This document shows, one piece after another, positions 29,300-32,000 of a stretch of DNA of 32,000 nt. Within the stretch, counting starts at the first letter, position 1. The number at the start of each line of letters is the position of its first letter. The DNA is taken from positions 965,511-997,510 of the forward strand of contig NZ_CP194951.1 of the NCBI RefSeq assembly GCF_030070105.2, in the 5' to 3' direction. Made by a program: the position numbers and the translations under genes. The notes under the pieces are model-generated. The model saw only the letters and a list, made by a program, of their open reading frames with translations, did no database searches and had not been told where the DNA came from. This stretch comes from Bermanella sp. WJH001. GTDB taxonomy: Bacteria > Pseudomonadota > Gammaproteobacteria > Pseudomonadales > Oceanobacteraceae.

Positions 29300-29580
29300 T
29301 TACAAGAGTTGTTCTTGTCTAGCTGAATGACTTTGAAATGAGGGTTATCCGTTATAGCGCGCATCTTATGAATGGTCATTAGCTCTATGTTAATAATCTG
29401 GTTGTTTATTAATGCCAAATCCAAAACCTCTTTTCTAACATCGCCATCTTTTACCACTTTTACATTATGTGCCTTGCCAATCACCACATCACCATTGTTA
29501 AGCGTTAACTCAACTTCATAGCGGTGCATACAAGCGATTTCAAAATAATCATATTGTGCGCAAGAGATGATATGTGTCAT
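29296..29580 (-). CDS. Rof-like (Rho-binding antiterminator family) protein
   Basis: CAQYDYFEIACMHRYEVELTLNNGDVVIGKAHNV resembles the E. coli Rof pattern CDDYDNLELACQH...LTLELKDGE. Confidence 0.65.
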   Translation of the reverse strand: MTHIISCAQYDYFEIACMHRYEVELTLNNGDVVIGKAHNVKVVKDGDVRKEVLDLALINNQIINIELMTIHKMRAITDNPHFKVIQLDKNNSCN

Positions 29581-29607
29581 AAGGCTCTCATTCTTTTCAT
29601 CAAAGTG

Positions 29608-30705
29608 TTACTTGCTTTGTTGTAAAGCAATGCCTTTAATTTGAGCGTAAAGGGTTTGCCACATTTCAATATTTAAGCGTTCAAATGAATACTGGGAAAT
29701 TTCACTTAATAAATACTGATCGGCAATTTTTAATTGTATGAGATATTGGCCATTTGGGGTTTCCTCAATGCGCGACACCTTGCCTTGTAGAATATTCATA
29801 ATACTACTGTCTTGTGCAGCGCTTAAAGCAAGGCTGACATCGCTGGCTGCAATGCATAATCGCAATGGTTTATCTGTTGGCATGTAATCAGTGATGGGTA
29901 AACGCATAACCTGCTCACCAATATGACAATGCATTAACCCATTTTCATTGGTTTGCAGCGAATCACTGATTAAGATGCTGCTTTTACCTAGACCATAAAA
30001 AGGGTGAAGGTCATCTTGTAATACATCAATTAACGCACGAGGTTGATTAACCACAGTGGTGCTGTGTTGTTTTTCGAGCATGATGATATGGTCAGCCAAG
30101 CTCAATACTTCATTAATATCATGAGTGACGTATAAAACCGGTAATTGCCATTCGTGATTTAAGCGTTTGATATAACGCATAATATCGTGTTTCCCCTGCC
30201 AATCTAATGAGGCAAGCGGCTCGTCTAAAATCAATAAAGTGGGTTTGCTTAATATCGCCCGAGCCAGTGCAACTCTTTGAGCTTGACCGCCACTGAGCTC
30301 GTGCACGTGATGAGCAAGTAAATCACCTAGCTCTAAAGCAGTAATGCAATGTTGCCAATCTGTTCGCTCAGCCGGTGAGCGATCAAACGCAAACCGTAAA
30401 TTTTGCTCAACATTTAAGTGATTAAATAATTGGTGATCTTGAAAAACCATGGCCACGTGACGCTGTGAACAAGGGGTGCTAAATTTATTTTTACTATTAA
30501 GCCAGTGCTCAATGTGTTGGCCATCTTGCCATGTGATGGTGCCTTGAGGGTTTTCTAAACCGCAAATGCTGCGTAATAAGTGTGTTTTACCAATGCCGCT
30601 TTTACCAAAGATGACATGGGTGCTCGGTTGTTGCCAATTAATACTTAAATTGGCCGTTAACACGAACTCACCTTTTTGCAGTTTAATGTTTAAATCTAAA
30701 TTCAT
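29608..30705 (-). CDS. modC: Molybdate ABC transporter ATP-binding protein
   Basis: Walker A FGKSGIGKTHLLRSICG, signature LSGGQAQRVALARAILSKPTLLILDEPLASLD, C-terminal MOP-like region. Confidence 0.93.
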   Translation of the reverse strand: MNLDLNIKLQKGEFVLTANLSINWQQPSTHVIFGKSGIGKTHLLRSICGLENPQGTITWQDGQHIEHWLNSKNKFSTPCSQRHVAMVFQDHQLFNHLNVEQNLRFAFDRSPAERTDWQHCITALELGDLLAHHVHELSGGQAQRVALARAILSKPTLLILDEPLASLDWQGKHDIMRYIKRLNHEWQLPVLYVTHDINEVLSLADHIIMLEKQHSTTVVNQPRALIDVLQDDLHPFYGLGKSSILISDSLQTNENGLMHCHIGEQVMRLPITDYMPTDKPLRLCIAASDVSLALSAAQDSSIMNILQGKVSRIEETPNGQYLIQLKIADQYLLSEISQYSFERLNIEMWQTLYAQIKGIALQQSK

Positions 30706-31367
30706 AGCATGCCAGCCTTATTTGCATTTTTACGACTAGCATAAATGACAGTAAGCATAACAAATGAAATACTTAATAGGATCGCCGACATAATGTGAGC
30801 GTCGTTATATTGCAGTGCTTCAACGTGTTCGAAAATTTTAATTGAGATCACTTGGGTTTCACCAGGAATATTACCGCCAATCATAAGTACCACCCCAAAT
30901 TCACCAAGGGTATGGGCAAAACCTAATGTGGCTGCGCTGATATATGCGGACTTGGCCAGTGGAAAAATAATGGTACGCCAAGCATCTTTAAATGAAGCGT
31001 TTAAGGTGTAGGCCACTTCTAATGGTTTTTTTCCAATCAAGCTAAAGCCGTTCTGTAATGGTTGAACCACAAATGGCAAGCTGTAAATGATTGAGCCAAT
31101 CAATAGTCCTGTAAAACTAAACGCGAGTGTTCTCTCATCCCATAATTGTGCAATCCAACCACCAGGACCTTGAGGTCCTAATGCAATTAATAGATAAAAC
31201 CCCAAAACGGTAGGAGGTAAAACTAATGGAAGTGCAATTAATGCTTCAACTAAGAATTTACCTTTAAATTGACTGTGTGCTAAAAACCAAGCAATGGGAG
31301 TTGCGATAACGATTAAAATAGCGGTGCTAAAAAAAGCCAGTTTCAGTGTAAGCAGTAAAGCATCCAT
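30702..31367 (-). CDS. modB: Molybdate ABC transporter permease
   Basis: PLVLPPTVLGFYLLIALG...HTLGEFGVVLMIGGNIPGETQVISIKIFEHVEA. Confidence 0.95.
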   Translation of the reverse strand: MDALLLTLKLAFFSTAILIVIATPIAWFLAHSQFKGKFLVEALIALPLVLPPTVLGFYLLIALGPQGPGGWIAQLWDERTLAFSFTGLLIGSIIYSLPFVVQPLQNGFSLIGKKPLEVAYTLNASFKDAWRTIIFPLAKSAYISAATLGFAHTLGEFGVVLMIGGNIPGETQVISIKIFEHVEALQYNDAHIMSAILLSISFVMLTVIYASRKNANKAGML

Positions 31368-31378
31368 ACAATGTCCAA

Positions 31379-32000
31379 TTAATTGGGTAAATAGTAGCCG
31401 TGATTTTCAATGATGCTACGAGCAGCTTGGCTATTCAAAAAATTCATAAAATCAAAGCTGGCAGGTTTATTATTCAAGCGTAAAGCCATTTGATTGATAT
31501 CGTTATAACAACCTTCATCCACATACCGAATACGGGTGGGATCTTTTTTTAGCACTTGAGAGAGTGCCACAAATCCGCCGTCGACACTTTGGCTGTCAAT
31601 GAATTGAAGTGCTTGTGCAACATTTTGACCAATAACCAATTTTGTTTGCCATTTCTGCTGGTTTAAACAGGTTAATGTTTGCATGGCGGCTAACCCGTAT
31701 GGGGCCAATATTGAATTCGCAATGCTTAGGCGTTTGTAGCGTTCATCGTTTAAAATATCATTGATTGTTTGTGTTTGGTTTACATCAATATTGCTATAAA
31801 ACACTAACCTTCCCTTAGCATAAACACTTAAAGCAGCTAAATCTAAATTGCGTGATTCGTGAATGTGTTGCCAAAGTAACTGTGGGTGTGCGGTATTCGC
31901 GGCCAGTAAAATATCAAACGGTGCGTGTTGGGATATTTGTTGTACAAGTTGACCCGTGCTAGCACTTATAATCGTTATGGTATGGGGTGAACTTTTCTCA
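31379..32000 (-). CDS. modA: Molybdate ABC transporter substrate-binding protein, 5' end outside window
   Basis: ORF track gives 31379..31804 only, but that start is an internal GTG. The frame stays open to 32000: TITIISASTGQLVQQISQHAPFDILLAANTAHPQLLWQHIHESRNLDLAALSVYAKGRLVFYS. Confidence 0.9.
   Translation of the reverse strand, partial: EKSSPHTITIISASTGQLVQQISQHAPFDILLAANTAHPQLLWQHIHESRNLDLAALSVYAKGRLVFYSNIDVNQTQTINDILNDERYKRLSIANSILAPYGLAAMQTLTCLNQQKWQTKLVIGQNVAQALQFIDSQSVDGGFVALSQVLKKDPTRIRYVDEGCYNDINQMALRLNNKPASFDFMNFLNSQAARSIIENHGYYLPN

Overview
The window looks like a gammaproteobacterial (Oceanospirillales/Pseudomonadales-like) chromosome. The left end (about 1-2865) is repeat-rich accessory DNA. 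It holds a family of ~200-215 bp structured repeats, REP-like dyads, a 30-bp perfect palindrome in front of a lone hypothetical gene, and a 12-copy heptanucleotide array that abuts the stop codon of a Maf-family gene. Most of the rest is housekeeping: sodB, class I fumarase, phhB-like, pyrG, eno, ftsB, ispD, ispF, truD, surE, pcm, DUF368, nlpD, rpoS, DUF3127, rmuC, a WYL regulator, a Rof-like protein and modABC (modA runs off the window). The strongest candidate for an undescribed system is the five-gene co-directional cluster at 10342-15499. In order it encodes a CsgG/FlgO-like protein with a predicted C-terminal beta-barrel, a TPR lipoprotein, one polypeptide that looks like a shortened FliF periplasmic/TM part joined to FliG middle and C-terminal domains, a MotA/PomA-like stator and a MotB-like OmpA stator. 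No FliM/FliN, export, rod, hook or flagellin genes lie nearby. This has the layout of a minimal non-flagellar rotary motor. All family assignments are by-eye motif recognition from the translations; no searches were run.
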